From Antedon mediterranea (lineage: Eukaryota > Animalia > Echinodermata), in contig NC_092672.1 of NCBI RefSeq assembly GCF_964355755.1, positions 15,004,001 through 15,068,000 on the forward strand: a stretch of DNA of 64,000 nt. Reading direction: 5' to 3'. A model generated the notes under the pieces. That model was given only the letters and a program-made list of their open reading frames with translations, had not been told where the DNA came from and did not search any database. Shown piece by piece: positions 49,948-62,810 of this stretch (position 1 is its first letter; each line of letters begins with the position of its first letter). The position numbers and the translations under genes were made by a program.

Positions 49948-51880
49948 CTATATATATTGCGTTTCGCTCGCAATCGTTATTGGTACTGTCTGTTTAATCT
50001 TGTGTTCCAACTCGCTATGTGAAGCAGGGGTTTTACTCGCGTAAGCGTCCGCGTCTGTCGCTTTCAACTGGTCAATGTGTATTTTCCACACTCGGCCATC
50101 CTCAACACTAATTACGTATGATTTTGGAGCGGTACGTTCTATCACGGTACCTGGCCACCACTTTCCCTCTTGTCGGAAATCTTTCACTAATACCATTTCA
50201 CCTGGGTAAAATTCTCGTAGATCTTTCGTTTTGTCGTGATGAAGCTTCTGATCACTCTGCTTGTAGTACCTTGTTTTCTGTACTGGGATGTAAAAGTGAT
50301 ACTCACGTTCTCAACTCACGGCCCATGAATAACTTCGCTGTCCCGTAGTTGCGTGTTTTGTTGTGCGATACGATAAAAGAAATCTGCCCAAACATTGTTG
50401 GAAATCCTTCCCATTCGCTCGGCTTGCCGCTAACGATCTTTTGACAGATTGAACCATTCGTTCTGCTGCTTCGTTGCTTGCGGCGTGATAAGTACCTGTG
50501 TATGCGTGAAGTGTACGTTTTACTGACTTTAATGGTAGATGGCTTGCTTTCGTAATTGTCAAAGCTAATTATCGATACTGCTGCGCCCGTATCTACTTCA
50601 AAATCAATATCTATATCATCAACTCGCATCTGTACCATTATTGGTGGTACCGAAATGTCCTGCTTAATGCCTACGCAAAACATTGTATCTACAAAATCGT
50701 CATTACCTTCGTCGTAATCCGGTGCTTCTACTTGCTTGATGGATTTAGGTTTATGTTGTTTTGTTGATTTACTCGACTGCCTGCATTCTGATTTTAGGTG
50801 TCCCTGCTTATTGCATTTAAAGCACGTAGCGTTTTTGTATTTACACGTATCTCTTGTATGATTGTTCATACCACAGCGGTCACATTTCTGCGTTCGTGTT
50901 AGTTTTGACGCTTGATAAGTTTTTGTAGACTTCCTGCTGTTAGACGTAACGTGGTTGATTGGCTTGTCAACATCGTGCGACATACTTTTCATATTCGCTG
51001 TTGCTGCCTCCGAGGCTATGACTATGTCTGTTGCTTACTTGAACGTATGGTTCTTTGTCAATAATTTCTTTTGGATGCTCTGACTTATTAGTCCACATAC
51101 GAACTGATCACGCGGTGTGTTTTCCAATGCCTCTCCTTCAAAACCACAATGCCTCGCCTTTTTCTTTAGATGTGATACAAATTGAGAAATAGTCTGTCAC
51201 GGTGTCTGTTTTACATTTCTGAATATAAATCGTTCAGAGATCGTTATTCGAGTAGGTTTGTAATGCTCTTTGAGCTTGGTTGTGACCATATCGTACAATT
51301 TTGTACTTGGTTTATCAGGAAAACACAAATCTCGTATCGTTGTGTATCCAGCCTCTCCTAAACTACTCAATAATATCTCTCTTTTCTTACCTCCGTCATT
51401 GATATCTAATGCCACAAAATATTGTTCCAGCCTGTCCACATACGTATCTATGTCTCCATCCCGGATGTTAAATTCCTCGAATAGAATTCTGGTATTAGCC
51501 GCTGCCATTACCGCGCTTCGCTCTGTACGTTCAGGGCGCTCGGAATCGTTATTAGCCTGTGCGGTTCCTTGGTTACGGTTGCCGTTGCTGTAAAATCAAA
51601 AACTGCTAGCCTAGGCCTAGTTCTATAATATTATTATACTTCCGTTTCTCTATGTAAATGTGTCCTGTATCCTCGTCGCCAGTGTCGTGTATCGTCGTAC
51701 CGTAGGTTCGTGACATAACACCCGTAGAGAAGAGTATAATATAACAATAGGTTTAATGAAAAAATTAGTATTAGTAATAAACAACAAGTATGGATCGTTC
51801 GTAGGATAACCTAAAGCAAGAGCATATGCGCAGTACGCGCATCAAGCGGGGTACACAATGTGCGCGTGCATATACTACAC
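49948..51880 (-). mobile_element. Internally deleted, frameshifted Gypsy (Mag-like) LTR retrotransposon: 5' LTR, PBS, gag, protease, integrase C-terminus
   Basis: PBS TGGCGACGAGG (51671-81, minus) next to an LTR end ...CACGACA (51683); gag YVDRLEQYFVAL (51197-51508); two CCHC knuckles; protease FEVDTGAAVSII; integrase YHAASNEAAERMVQ and VLVKDFR..KWWPGTVIERTAPKSYVI. RT and RNase H are missing; no 3' LTR seen. Confidence 0.9.
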
Positions 51881-52208
51881 ATACAAAAGTTGATCTAGCT
51901 ACTAGAGTATGAGTGTTATAAAGCATGTCTTGCGGTGCAAACAGACCTCTGTTAGCACATTGACAAACATGGAATTGGCCAAGTTGAGTGTGGCAAAGAA
52001 TACACATTGACTATGCTGAATTAGAGGGTTAGCATTTACTGTAAATCTTCATATTGTAACCCTGGGTTATTATTCTTTGATTTAATTGTTTTTTAGGATG
52101 GGTTACTATTAGAAGGGTGGTTACTATTAGAGTAGTGGGCTACTATTACTTATCTTAAATTAGGCACCTGAAAATAGTAACCCACCCCCAACTTTTAAGA
52201 TGAAGAAT

Positions 52209-52726
52209 AGGGAGGTTTCGCAACGCTACGAATATGATAACGAAAACGTATACGTCACACATTTGTGAAACTTTTGAGCTGATCCCCATTTCATATTCGT
52301 AAAGCGTTTTCGTGTTGACGAATATCATCAGTCATATTTTTAACTACAAAACGAGTATAGTTTTTGATCTATTTTGCACATTTTGCACATTTTGCATTTG
52401 AATCAGTAATGATTCATGATTATAATATAATTATACTTTTATTGAAAGTAATTTACTAAAGTAATTTACTAAAATGCCAGGACAATTTTGATAAATAGCA
52501 GTTTTTAAAGTCCTCACTCGCTTTTATGTTACGCTAGGCCTAGGCAGCCAAGCACCAAGCAACACGTATCTGCGCTTCGCTCAAATTTACGGCAGTCATA
52601 TTTTTTACGGCACCCTCAATATTTCGTTGCCATGCGAAACAGATTTTTACTGGCTTACGAAAACGAATACGTGTGCGTGACGTGTCCGTTTTCGTTATCG
52701 TATTCGTAGCGTTGTGAAACCTCCCT
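52209..52726. mobile_element. PIF/Harbinger-like MITE
   Basis: TIR of about 40 bp AGGGAGGTTTC(G/A)CAACGCTACGAATA.GATAACGAAAACG; AAT TSD (52206-08, 52727-29); removal restores GAATGACCTGGTTTAATG as seen at about 37755. Confidence 0.88.
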
Positions 52727-53104
52727 AATGACCTGGTTTAATGTTTTAAAAATAGTATATAGGTATGCATTATTTGTATAAAACGTCAACGATTGCAGGT
52801 CTAATGTCTTTAAGTTTTAGAAAACAAGAGATATACCAGATGTAAATATACAAATAGTAATACTGTATTTCTATTGATGTACCATCTACAGATGTAAGAA
52901 ATGTCACTCAGAGAGCAGATATTTAGTTGAAAAGAATCCGGTATGTGAGAATATTGTAGTGTAAGCTATCTTCAGAGAGTGCATAAAGTGCCAGATAGGT
53001 TAGAAATCTAGAAAATGGAACTCTTGAGGGCTCACTTCATGTTTTTCAATATGTGAAGGGTTGTTAAATAACTACTGTGTTCAGGTGTCGATTTAGACCT
53101 TCAC

Positions 53105-54240
53105 ACAGTCTGAAGTCAGGAGGAAAGGATGAAATAACAGCGGAATTGTTGAAGACAGACATAGACACAACAACAGACTGGCTTGCTGATATTTTCACTA
53201 CAATATGGGATCAAGAGGAAGTGCCAAAAACATAGAAACAGGGGCTTATTGTAAAGTTAGCAAAGAAAGGTGATCTAACAGAATGTGGAAATTGGATAGA
53301 AATTACGCTGACATCAGTCCTAAGCAAGGTATTTGGAAGGGTGCTTATTGACAGGATAAGGAAAGGAGTTGATATCAAGTTGAGGGATGAGCAGGCTGGA
53401 TTTAGAAAAGGAAGGAGTATGGTAGACCAGATTTTTGTATTGAGAAATATTATTGAGCAAGTGGTAGTGTGGCAGTCAACCTTATACATCACGTTTGTGG
53501 ACTTTGAAAAAGCGTTTGATTCCGTGCACAGAGACAGCCTTTGGAAAATCATTTTTCTAATTATGGCATACTGCAAAAATTAATCAGAATGATAAAGATC
53601 TTGTATGAAGATAGCGAGTGTGAAGTGTTGGATGATGGGGAGGAGTTGGGATGGTTTAAAGTCAAAACTGAAGTTAAGCAAGGAGATGTAATGTCAGGTT
53701 TATTTTTCTAATGGTTGTGGATTGGATCATGAAGCACGTAACAGAAGGAAACAACACGGGAATAAGATGGAAACTTACCAGCAAGTTTTTTAGAGGATCT
53801 AGACTTTTCCAATGACATAGCTTGTTTGTCATCAACTGTACATCAAATGCAAACCAAAATGACCAAATTACATAAATATGCAGCAATGTCTGGTTTAAGG
53901 ATAAACACAAAGAAAACAGTGTTGAGGATAAACAGTCGATCGAACACCATGATAACAATAGATGGGAAACAACTCAATGAGGTGAACAAATATACTTACT
54001 TAGGTGCTACTGTCAAGGAGGAAGGGGAGAAGATATGAATAACAGGCTTCACAAACCAATGGGGGCATTTATGAAACTGAAAAAGATATGGAGCTCCAAC
54101 ATCTATTCCTTGACATCCGAACTAAGACTTTTTAGTTCACTTGTTATATCAGTGTTACTTTATGGCTGTGAGACACGGAAAATAACAAAAGAGGACAACA
54201 AGAAACTTTTCATTCAAATGTTTGCGAAGAATATTGGAGA
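53105..54240 (+). pseudogene. Decayed RTE-clade LINE reverse transcriptase
   Basis: ITAELLK...KKGDLTECGNW..ITLTSVLSKVF..LRDEQAGFRKGRSMVDQIFVLRNIIEQ..FVDFEKAFDSVHR; GLRINTKKT; KYTYLG; SVLLYGCET; multiple stops and frameshifts. Confidence 0.92.
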
Positions 54241-57200
54241 TAAGATACTTTGTAAATAAATCATCAAAAATATAAATGTTCAATTTTGTTCTCATTTCTT
54301 TTGCCTATCTGGATATTGAAGTGTTTCTTCAAAATACCAGACTAAACATTTTGGCAAATTTAAGACTAATACAGGTCAAATTAGCAATTGAAGTGACGGT
54401 ACCTATCTCTTGTATGTTAACAACAGTGAAAACTCATTAAGTAGATTTTCAATGCACCATTCACGTCACAGCAATTGCCGGCGACGACTGTACGCCGAGC
54501 GCGGCGGCGATTTCCTTAATCTCGCTATTGTTCTGAAATCATATGTACATCCTTAATACGTTGTTAAAATATGGTCCTCGGTCAAGTTGTCCTTTAAGAA
54601 AATTCATATCAAGGGTCAAATTTCTATGGAGTAAAAATGGTGTGTGCACACAAAATTATGCGTACACGTGTGTTTAAAATTTCTAATGTGGGAAAATTTA
54701 TTTCGTTTCAGGTAATTTTGAATATTTCAAAATTTTCTTGTTGGTGTAGCGTGCACATTTACGCATGTGTATACAGCATAGAAAGACTATTTTTGCAATT
54801 GATTTTGGTTCTTCATACCTGTTGAATTTCATTACTTTTATTAATTTTCATTGCAAAATAACCATGAAACATGTTTCAATAAATAAATTTGAATAATGTG
54901 GGTGACCTAAATTTCAACTATACAATCATACAATATGTGTACAGCCAAATCAAAACCAGGCATTTGTCGTAAATGTGAAATTTTGAGTTTTAAAGATATT
55001 TGTACAGAGCACATAATTTGCTTTAAAATACTGAAAAAATTATTCAATTTGGTCAAGTATTTTTAGAGTTATGATACAATAAGTAAAGAAATACAAGTAA
55101 GAATTCATTTTTATTTAGCAGTGAAAAATGCATTCAAAGATCAACAATAGTTCAAACAGGAAGTTTAAATGTGCTGGCAGACAGCGACACATGTTCACCT
55201 TGACAACGCTATCTTCTAGTATACCTATGACTTTGAAATTTAGCACAAATGTAACTAATACATTTTTCTATAATCATTGAAATTTTCAAAGAAATCCAGT
55301 AACATTAACATTGTCAAATGAGACTTCAAATAACAACATACGTTAGTAAACTTTTTTTTACTAAACTTATGTTATGTGTGAGGCTTGTAATAACTATAAA
55401 TAAGTACTATTAATAAAGTGACAATAAAAATACAACACATAGAAATGAACCAAAATTAATGATACACAGACAGTTGATTGTGTTTGATGTGTTTAAATTT
55501 ATTTACAATTGGTACACTTTAAATTATAACATTTTGGTCATTTCAGGCTGCGTGTTACAACAGTATTATCATCTTTTGTGCCGGGTCTTTTAAATACATA
55601 CATATTTTTCGATACAATTATTTCACGGTTTTATTCAGGGTTACGTTGCATAATAGAATACATGTGTCATGTATCATCAGAATCAAAGTCATTTTTGTAA
55701 AGTTATATTAAGCACCGTATCACCATTATTGGAGTTGTTTGAGAAGAGAAAGTAGCAACAGCATCACCACCACTGTCAAAACTATTGGTATACATTACAG
55801 TATTACCAATCAAGATCTGAAAACAGAATGAAAAAATAAATTAAACTTTTTTAAACACATTTAAAAATCTTTTTTTTTGGGGCTAGGCCTAGACCAAGGT
55901 ATGCTAGGTGGTTTTACTAGGCTAACTTGAAGTACTAAGCTGGCATACAGTTCATCTCTTATCTTATGCCTAGGCTAGGCCTAATATTTTGATCAAAAGT
56001 GTTTCTGTGTTCACCAAACTGAGTGTGTCGCGCTAGAAAGTCATTTCGTACTTTCTAACCTCTTGTTGTTTATGATTCGCTAGCGAAGCCAATATTTCTA
56101 CTTTTCATATTATATAAATCATTAAACTATTCTATGTTGTTTTATTATTATCTAGGATGCATAAATAGCAAGTATAAATTAATATTGAATGTTTTTTACA
56201 GTAAGAATGTTTTGTTAAAACCTTACCGCTTCCTCAGTGTACTTTGAATAGCTGTTAAAGGCAAATTTAACGCTTCAATGACTTGAGCCACTCTGTTAGC
56301 CAATCAAATTGCCTGTTTCAGGATTCCGTAGCAACAAGACTGGTTTGCTTATACCAAAAGGTTATTAAAGAATGTGTTTGATTGGCTATACTATTATTTT
56401 ACATGACCTACAACCTTTATCTTTGGAAAGATTTTTTCACGAGCTTTCTAAAAATACCACACATTAAGGGGTCTTCTCATAATCAAAGAGGTAAAAGTTG
56501 GTTAGAAATAGACACAAATTACAGAATATAACTTGATTTTTTCACCAAAGACGAAAAAGGGGGTCTCATTAAAATGTTATTTTCATTGATTTATACTTAT
56601 AATTTCTTTAAAATACATAGATTTTTGGAATCTACGGTAAATTTTCTGTAAGATTATTTAAAAAACTAAAAATGGTCAAGATATAGGTTTTACACATTCA
56701 GAAGCATTTTACAGAAATCCCTTGCTGCCGACAAACGCCTGGTTTTGGTTTGGCGGTACACATATATTTGAATCTGTTATTAACTACTCAGAATGAAATG
56801 AAATGTTGATGTTTACAACTTTTTCAGAAGCTGTTGAATTGTAATTCATGTAAAACTTCTGTTTATCGGATGTCGTGACGTCATCATATGGCCAGTTGAA
56901 TTTTAAAAGTCGGATTTTCATCTCTTTTGTAAAACTTCATCGCGTTTAAAAGAGCACGCATCTTGCTTCTATGTGCCAAAAATTCTCATAATTCTTAAAT
57001 TTATATATAGATAATAATCTTCTAAATTCCTTTCTTTATGTTACATTTTTTCTAAGCTTGCTCAATCAATTATTTTTCGTAAATTTTACAAACATTTTAA
57101 TTTTGATGATGTCACCATGTCAAAATATTTGAATAACGTTGGTCACTTAATTTCATCTTTACAGTAAGTTTGAATATGTTGTAGCTTGTCAGAATGGACA

Positions 57201-57696
57201 CCCAGCCGCATCACTGCACCAGGTAAGAAACCTAGGCCCATTCATTGCAAGCTGTTCAGATACGCAGACTGTACTTTTATTCTAAAGTAAAAATAAATAC
57301 TATATGGTCCTATTGAGATAAATTTTTGTTGTCTTTAAATGGTTAAAAATGAGGCGATTCTAATATATTTAGTGGCCCGCTATAAATCCCAACATGCATT
57401 GCGAGCTGATTAATATTTTTGTTTTTCTTCTGTAATTCACCCACTTTTCGATCGATTGTGAGGCCAAAACAAATGGAAGACTCCTAACTTTTCAGCGAAA
57501 ATGCTGGGTTTCCTCCAATTGGTATCAACAGAGTCTGGCAAAAACAGAAAGGTAATTAATGCAGCAACTATACAACGTCAGGCTAGACCTATAGCTCGCG
57601 TACGATGTTCGTACGTTACCAATGTTTACCAGGTAGGCCTACAAAACTAAGCCTATGCTACGCCTAAAGTCGGCCAACGAGAAGACATTCACCGCG

Positions 57697-57846
57697 AGCT
57701 ACTTTGGTAGTGCATTGTTTCTCTCTTTTTATCATAATTTACCATAAAACGTACATTTAAGACAAGTAATGATCTAGTTTAATATTTTAAAGTAATATAT
57801 GCATTATTTTCACAAAACATCACAAATTATAGGGAATGGGTCTTTA
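57697..57846. mobile_element. Terminal fragment of a recurrent Kolobok-like family (also about 10064-10215, 37700-37775, 52727-52813)
   Basis: Shared GCTACTT..GGTAGTGCATTGTTTCTCTCTTTTTATCATAATTTACC...AGGGAATGGGTCT followed by TTAA. Confidence 0.55.
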
Positions 57847-58499
57847 ACTTTTGTTACAACAAAAATGTTTGTTCCAAGCGCATTCCATCTTTTTACTGTA
57901 GTAAATCCTGTCAATTAATCCATTGTCATGGCAATGGTATGTAAATTATGTTTTACGTAATCAACTGAAATTACATAATTTCACCTGCAAGGACTATTCC
58001 ATTTTAAAAACAGCCAATAACAAAAGACACTATTGTTAACAATGCATGGCCGGCAGCCAAAAGCTACATTGGTCTGACTTGTATGGAATATTCCATTCTA
58101 CGAAATAAACAGCCAACAACAAAAGATGTTATTTTGCTAACTATGCATGGCCTGAAGTTACATACTCTCACCTGTATGGACTATTCCATTTTACAAAATA
58201 AACAGCCAAGAACAAAGGATTCGATTTCGCTAGCTATGCATTGCCAGAACTGTAAACTCAAGTCAAGAGTATCTACGCCATTGATAAGATTTCTTATTTT
58301 CACTTTTCAAGTTAATTTTAATAAAATACTAAAACCGAAGTGGATACTAGGATAGATTTATTAATGATAATAACTGATATATATATTACATTCTGCTGAA
58401 AGTCATAATAGGATAAGAATTGAAAACATAAATATTAATCACATGTAAATGATCTTGTACTAATTAGTGATACAGTATATGCATTACAGGATCTTTTGA

Positions 58500-58980
58500 A
58501 CAAGTTAGCATATTATTGTAATAGATGGGGATTGACAATTAACATTGACAAAAGTAAAATAATATTATTTTTTAAAAATGGAAAACTTTGAACTATCTAG
58601 GTAAAGAAATCAAAATCCAATAGTAAAATCTCTAAAATATCTTGGAGTCACTTTCGATTGTTCAGGAAATTGGGAAAAGGCAAGAGAACAAAAATAATAC
58701 ACAGGCTAATAAAGCACTTTTCTCACTCAAAAATACTATTGGAAATATTGATGTTTACCAGTGAATATTTGGATGTTATTATTTGTATTTATACTGTATG
58801 GTAGTAAAATAAGGGGAACATTTTTTTAAAAATTGACGATATCAAAATAATGTTTGTAGATAGTTTTTAGCGGTCGGAAAATCTGCTCCAAATGTTGCAA
58901 TTAGAGGAGAATGTGGATGATTCTCTTTATCAATCGAATGTGTACTCAATGTTATCCGTTATTGGGTAAGATTAGTAAAT
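58500..58980 (+). pseudogene. Highly decayed LINE RT C-terminal fragment
   Basis: Motif remnants GLTINIDKSKII, KYLGVTF and FLAVGKSAPNVAIRGECG. Confidence 0.65.
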
Positions 58981-59089
58981 AATTATGAACAAAGACAAAT
59001 ACGCAAAAAAAAATGTCAAAAAGCGCAAAATACTAACATTAATTTGAATCATATTTATGCGACTGATGCTAATAGACTAGTCAGCACCT

Positions 59090-59995
59090 TATCAAGTTTC
59101 AACTTAACCCGGTTTATTACTGTATCTACAGGTATAACAAGTGGATCCAAACCATAATAGACCATATATTACACAAATGTTAATTCCAAATATATAGGAT
59201 CCATAGAGATAGATCTGACGACTTGGCTATATTTTGCATGTTTGAAGATATTATTAATGTTTTTCAACAAACAAATAAAATTAAATTTAGAAATGTTAAA
59301 CATTTTAATATTCAGTGATTTGATTTGTCTGATATATATAGTAATCATGAAGTGAATAATGCATATTCTTCATATTTATTGATTTATTTTTAGATGTAAT
59401 AATGCCCCACTTTACTACTAACAAAAAAATTAACTACGGTAAATCAAATAAACCATGGGTTAATTCTACAATAACAAAATCAATAAAACACAAACAGAAT
59501 TATATTGAAAAAAGTGATAAAGAGCAATTATAATCCAGAAATTTTAATTAAGTATAAATGTCTTTACTAATACATTAAGAGAAGCTAAACAACATTTTTA
59601 TTCTGAGCACTAATTTAAAGATGTTTAGTGGTAACATGAATAAAACTTGGGAAACGATCAATGATATCTTTGGTAGAGGAAAAAGAAAATGAAATTTCCT
59701 AATTCTTTAGAAATTGAAACTACAAAGTATCTGACCAATTCTCAATTGTAAATAGTTTTAATGAATTTTTTGTTTTAATTGGAGAAAATCTAGCACATGA
59801 TTGTAACAACAGACGTACGGGAAATTATGTAAATGAACACAGGTAACAAGTAGGCCATTAAATTCTTCATAACATAACTGTGAGAATAAAATATACAATA
59901 TTTCAATAGGGTTAGATAAAAAAAAGCTGTAGGTTTGGATTATATAAGCCAAAAACTAATTATTCTTGCAGAAAATTACATTACTCAAGCATTAA
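59090..59995 (+). pseudogene. Highly decayed L2/CR1-like ORF2 fragment (end of AP endonuclease plus linker)
   Basis: Remnants SKTIIDHI, KPW, KTWETINDIFG, FNEFF..IG and KKAVGLDYISQKL. Confidence 0.65.
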
Positions 59996-60131
59996 CATAC
60001 GACACTTGTTACTTTAAGACTGCTTGCCGGCCTTTGTCTTTCTTATCTTTTAACACTAGCAGGTCTGAAAAAACATTTTTGTTGTTTGTGAAGTTATTAA
60101 TAAAATTCGAATTTCATCTGGTTGTGGAATA

Positions 60132-60645
60132 GGTATTAAATAAAATTTCTATTAGAAAAACCAAAAAATAATATAAGCGAACTTACAGTACGTTTCGAAA
60201 CCTATCAGGTTTCATTCTCTACTGGGATTTTAACCAGGGCTCAAAGATCGTCTACATCATCAATCATACATAAATCTGCAAAAACAGATCATGCACTACA
60301 ACACAATCACCTCATTGATTGGAACACTGCCATCCTTGAGAAAGAATGCAACACTCAAAAAAGGAAAATAAAAGAGTCGATCAACATCAGAAAGCATGGA
60401 AAAATCATGAACAGAGATGAAGGAGCCCACGAATTGTCACACATATATGATCAACTATTGAAGAAGGAGAAGGGGGCACGTCCGTTTGGACCTATTGGTG
60501 GCGCTATACCCACTCATCGTCGTCATGGGATTAACAACGTTAGACGATGAAACGCCAGTTGAGAATGAAACCTGATAGATTTTGAAACGTACTGTAATTT
60601 CGCTTATATTATTTTTTGGTTCTAAAAGAAATTTTATTTAAAACC
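60132..60645 (+). mobile_element. 5'-truncated Penelope-like element: GIY-YIG endonuclease C-terminus flanked by inverted pLTR copies
   Basis: Frame 60230-60550 reads TRAQRSSTSSIIHKSAKTDHALQHNHLIDWNTAILEKECNTQKRKIKESINIRKHGKIMNRDEGAHELSHIYDQLL...stop; 60132-60225 is an inverted copy of 60555-60645. Confidence 0.88.
60186..60225 (-). ncRNA. Minimal hammerhead-ribozyme-like motif (variant core) in the inverted pLTR; diverged plus-strand copy at 60555-60594
   Basis: CAG-TAGAGAAT-GAAACCT-GAT-AGGTTTC-GAAA-CG-TA-CTG: stem I CAG/CTG, 7-bp stem II, GAAA, palindromic stem III; the CUGANGA box is non-canonical. Confidence 0.5.
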
Positions 60646-61729
60646 GATTTTAGTTTGCTACACTAGAAAATTTTGTATAATATATCTTGAAAATTGTAGG
60701 CGCTATCGTGCTATCAAACGAACAAACAAAGCAAGGTATAAAAGGTTAGGTTACAGGGGCAGACGCAGGAGAGTTGCCCGGCAACACCCTTAATTTCATA
60801 CTAAATGTTTTTTCTGCCACCAAATTAAAATTTAGATCCCATTTTATCATAATATATAGATTGGAGTCTATATATAAATTGACAGACTGCAACATAAAAT
60901 TAACCAGCAGTCAAAATATCGCGCACAATTTACCGACGGTCATATTTTTTTTTGTAGATATGTTTCTGAACATGCTCAGAATGGATTTCTGACGGTTTGG
61001 ATTGCTTGCGTCATGAGAAAGTACGAAACACCACTACATACTGTGTTCGTGGAAAACCCTGTCATATGGGTAGATTTGTCCATAATTATTGCATTTTGCT
61101 GTGGATTCCCCGTCATTTAGGTATTCCCGTAGTACCTTATTTATCTTAATTACCCTACATACGTATATTGGGCCAAATTTCCGTAGTAATTACAGACGTT
61201 CAAAACTTTGAAATAACAGAATGATTGCTTCTTTATGCAAATTTTGATCATATTTTCTTTTCTGTAGTGTGGTTTAAGCAGCACTGTTGTACAATTTATA
61301 GTGGATAAAAGAAAATGAGTTTTGGAAATTATGGTTTTACTGCCTTATTTAGCATTTATTTCAAAATAATACAATTTAACGTTTTGCTCAATATATTTAT
61401 AGTCCCAACAGCTTCATATTTTTTATCTTAAACTTTTTTTAATTATTAGTTGATAATAACAATTTCATTTGTACTAATATGGTACGCGAGTGAAGCGATC
61501 GTACCATCTAGGTCATCAACACAGATGGTTCTCAAATACATAATAATTTCAGTGTAAAAACAACTGGCGATTTCAAATGTACGTACCGCAGGACTATAAT
61601 ACATGTCGTTTACAGGAACGAATAAATAAACATGGTGATTCATGTAGTCAACTGAAATTAAGATTATGAGAATTACATCCCAAAGAGAAACTTGTCAAAA
61701 TGAGTCCAAATTTTTAAAGTTAAATTTAA

Positions 61730-62069
61730 AGATGTATTGACCTCTGAAAAAATAATTCTTAAAACATTTTTTTTTAAATATTCCATTTTAATGTAACATA
61801 GTTATCCACTTTGACCAAAAATTGGATCGAAAAGAAATGTATTTGCCTGAAAAAAATGTAATTTAAAGAAAAAAATGGTAAATTGGCTGCCAGACGGTGG
61901 ATTTTTGGTTGAATTTAACCATTTATTTTGTCATTTTATAAGTAAAAACATGATTTGTTTTCGTTTTTTTTCTATAGAAGTGATTAACTTTATTAAAACT
62001 ACAAAATAAATATTTGAAGTCTGATTTAATTAATCTTCATTTTTCATGTTTTTGGGGGACAATACATCT
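61730..62069. mobile_element. Kolobok-type MITE
   Basis: AGATGTATTG...CAATACATCT TIR starting with RR; TTAA TSD (61726-29, 62070-73); the host-repeat paralog at about 47080-47320 lacks it. Confidence 0.85.
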
Positions 62070-62687
62070 TTAAACAAACTCAGTTTTGTATGTTCTTTAT
62101 CCACTCAGTAACAAAATATTGTTCATGTTTTATTAAAAATATACCATTTACACACAACACAAATAAGTTAAGCTTCCCCCCAGTTTATTCAGAGTATACA
62201 TATTTAAAAATACATAATATTTATTTCTACTGTACTGTTTAGCAATGCTATATACTACTAAAGCTTAATAATAAACTACATCTTTTGGAGGCTACCACTC
62301 AAATGACATCGCTGTATTAAAAGTCCAGTGTGTTGTCACAGGAGGCAGTGAATCAAAGTATATAGTTAAGGATGTAAGTGACACCCATGGTAAATAATGG
62401 AATTTGGGGGAAAAATAATTCCCCAGAATTATACTAGCCAAATGAGCAAATAAAATGAGAGTAGTGCCTGTGTTGAAGTTAAGTGTTGGATGATGCCGGG
62501 GGATGGCTTGGTGGGAAGATTGAAAAGTTTGTATTCTATTAAACGGCTAATTTAACAATGAAGTGTGCTGGTATGCATCTCAGTAAACAACTAAAAACAC
62601 TTCCATCTGTTGCAACTTTAAAAACGACTTGCTTGCAATTAATTGTTAAAATGAGTTAACTTTGTGAGTTGTCATTTCAGTTGATCG

Positions 62688-62810
62688 AAGTTTGTGATTA
62701 TCCATGCTTATATATCATAATGTCCAGTTTCTTATCAAAGTTTGTGATTATCCATGCTTATATATCATAATGTCCAGTTTCTTATCAAAGTTTGTGATTA
62801 TCCATGCTTA
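62688..62810. repeat. 50-bp tandem duplication (about 2.5 copies)
   Basis: AAGTTTGTGATTATCCATGCTTATATATCATAATGTCCAGTTTCTTATCA repeated. Confidence 0.9.

Noticed and set aside
51270-53958. ORFs 51270-51593 (+), 53211-53576 (-) and 53674-53958 (-)
   Set aside because: Antisense shadows of Gypsy gag and the RTE RT remnant.
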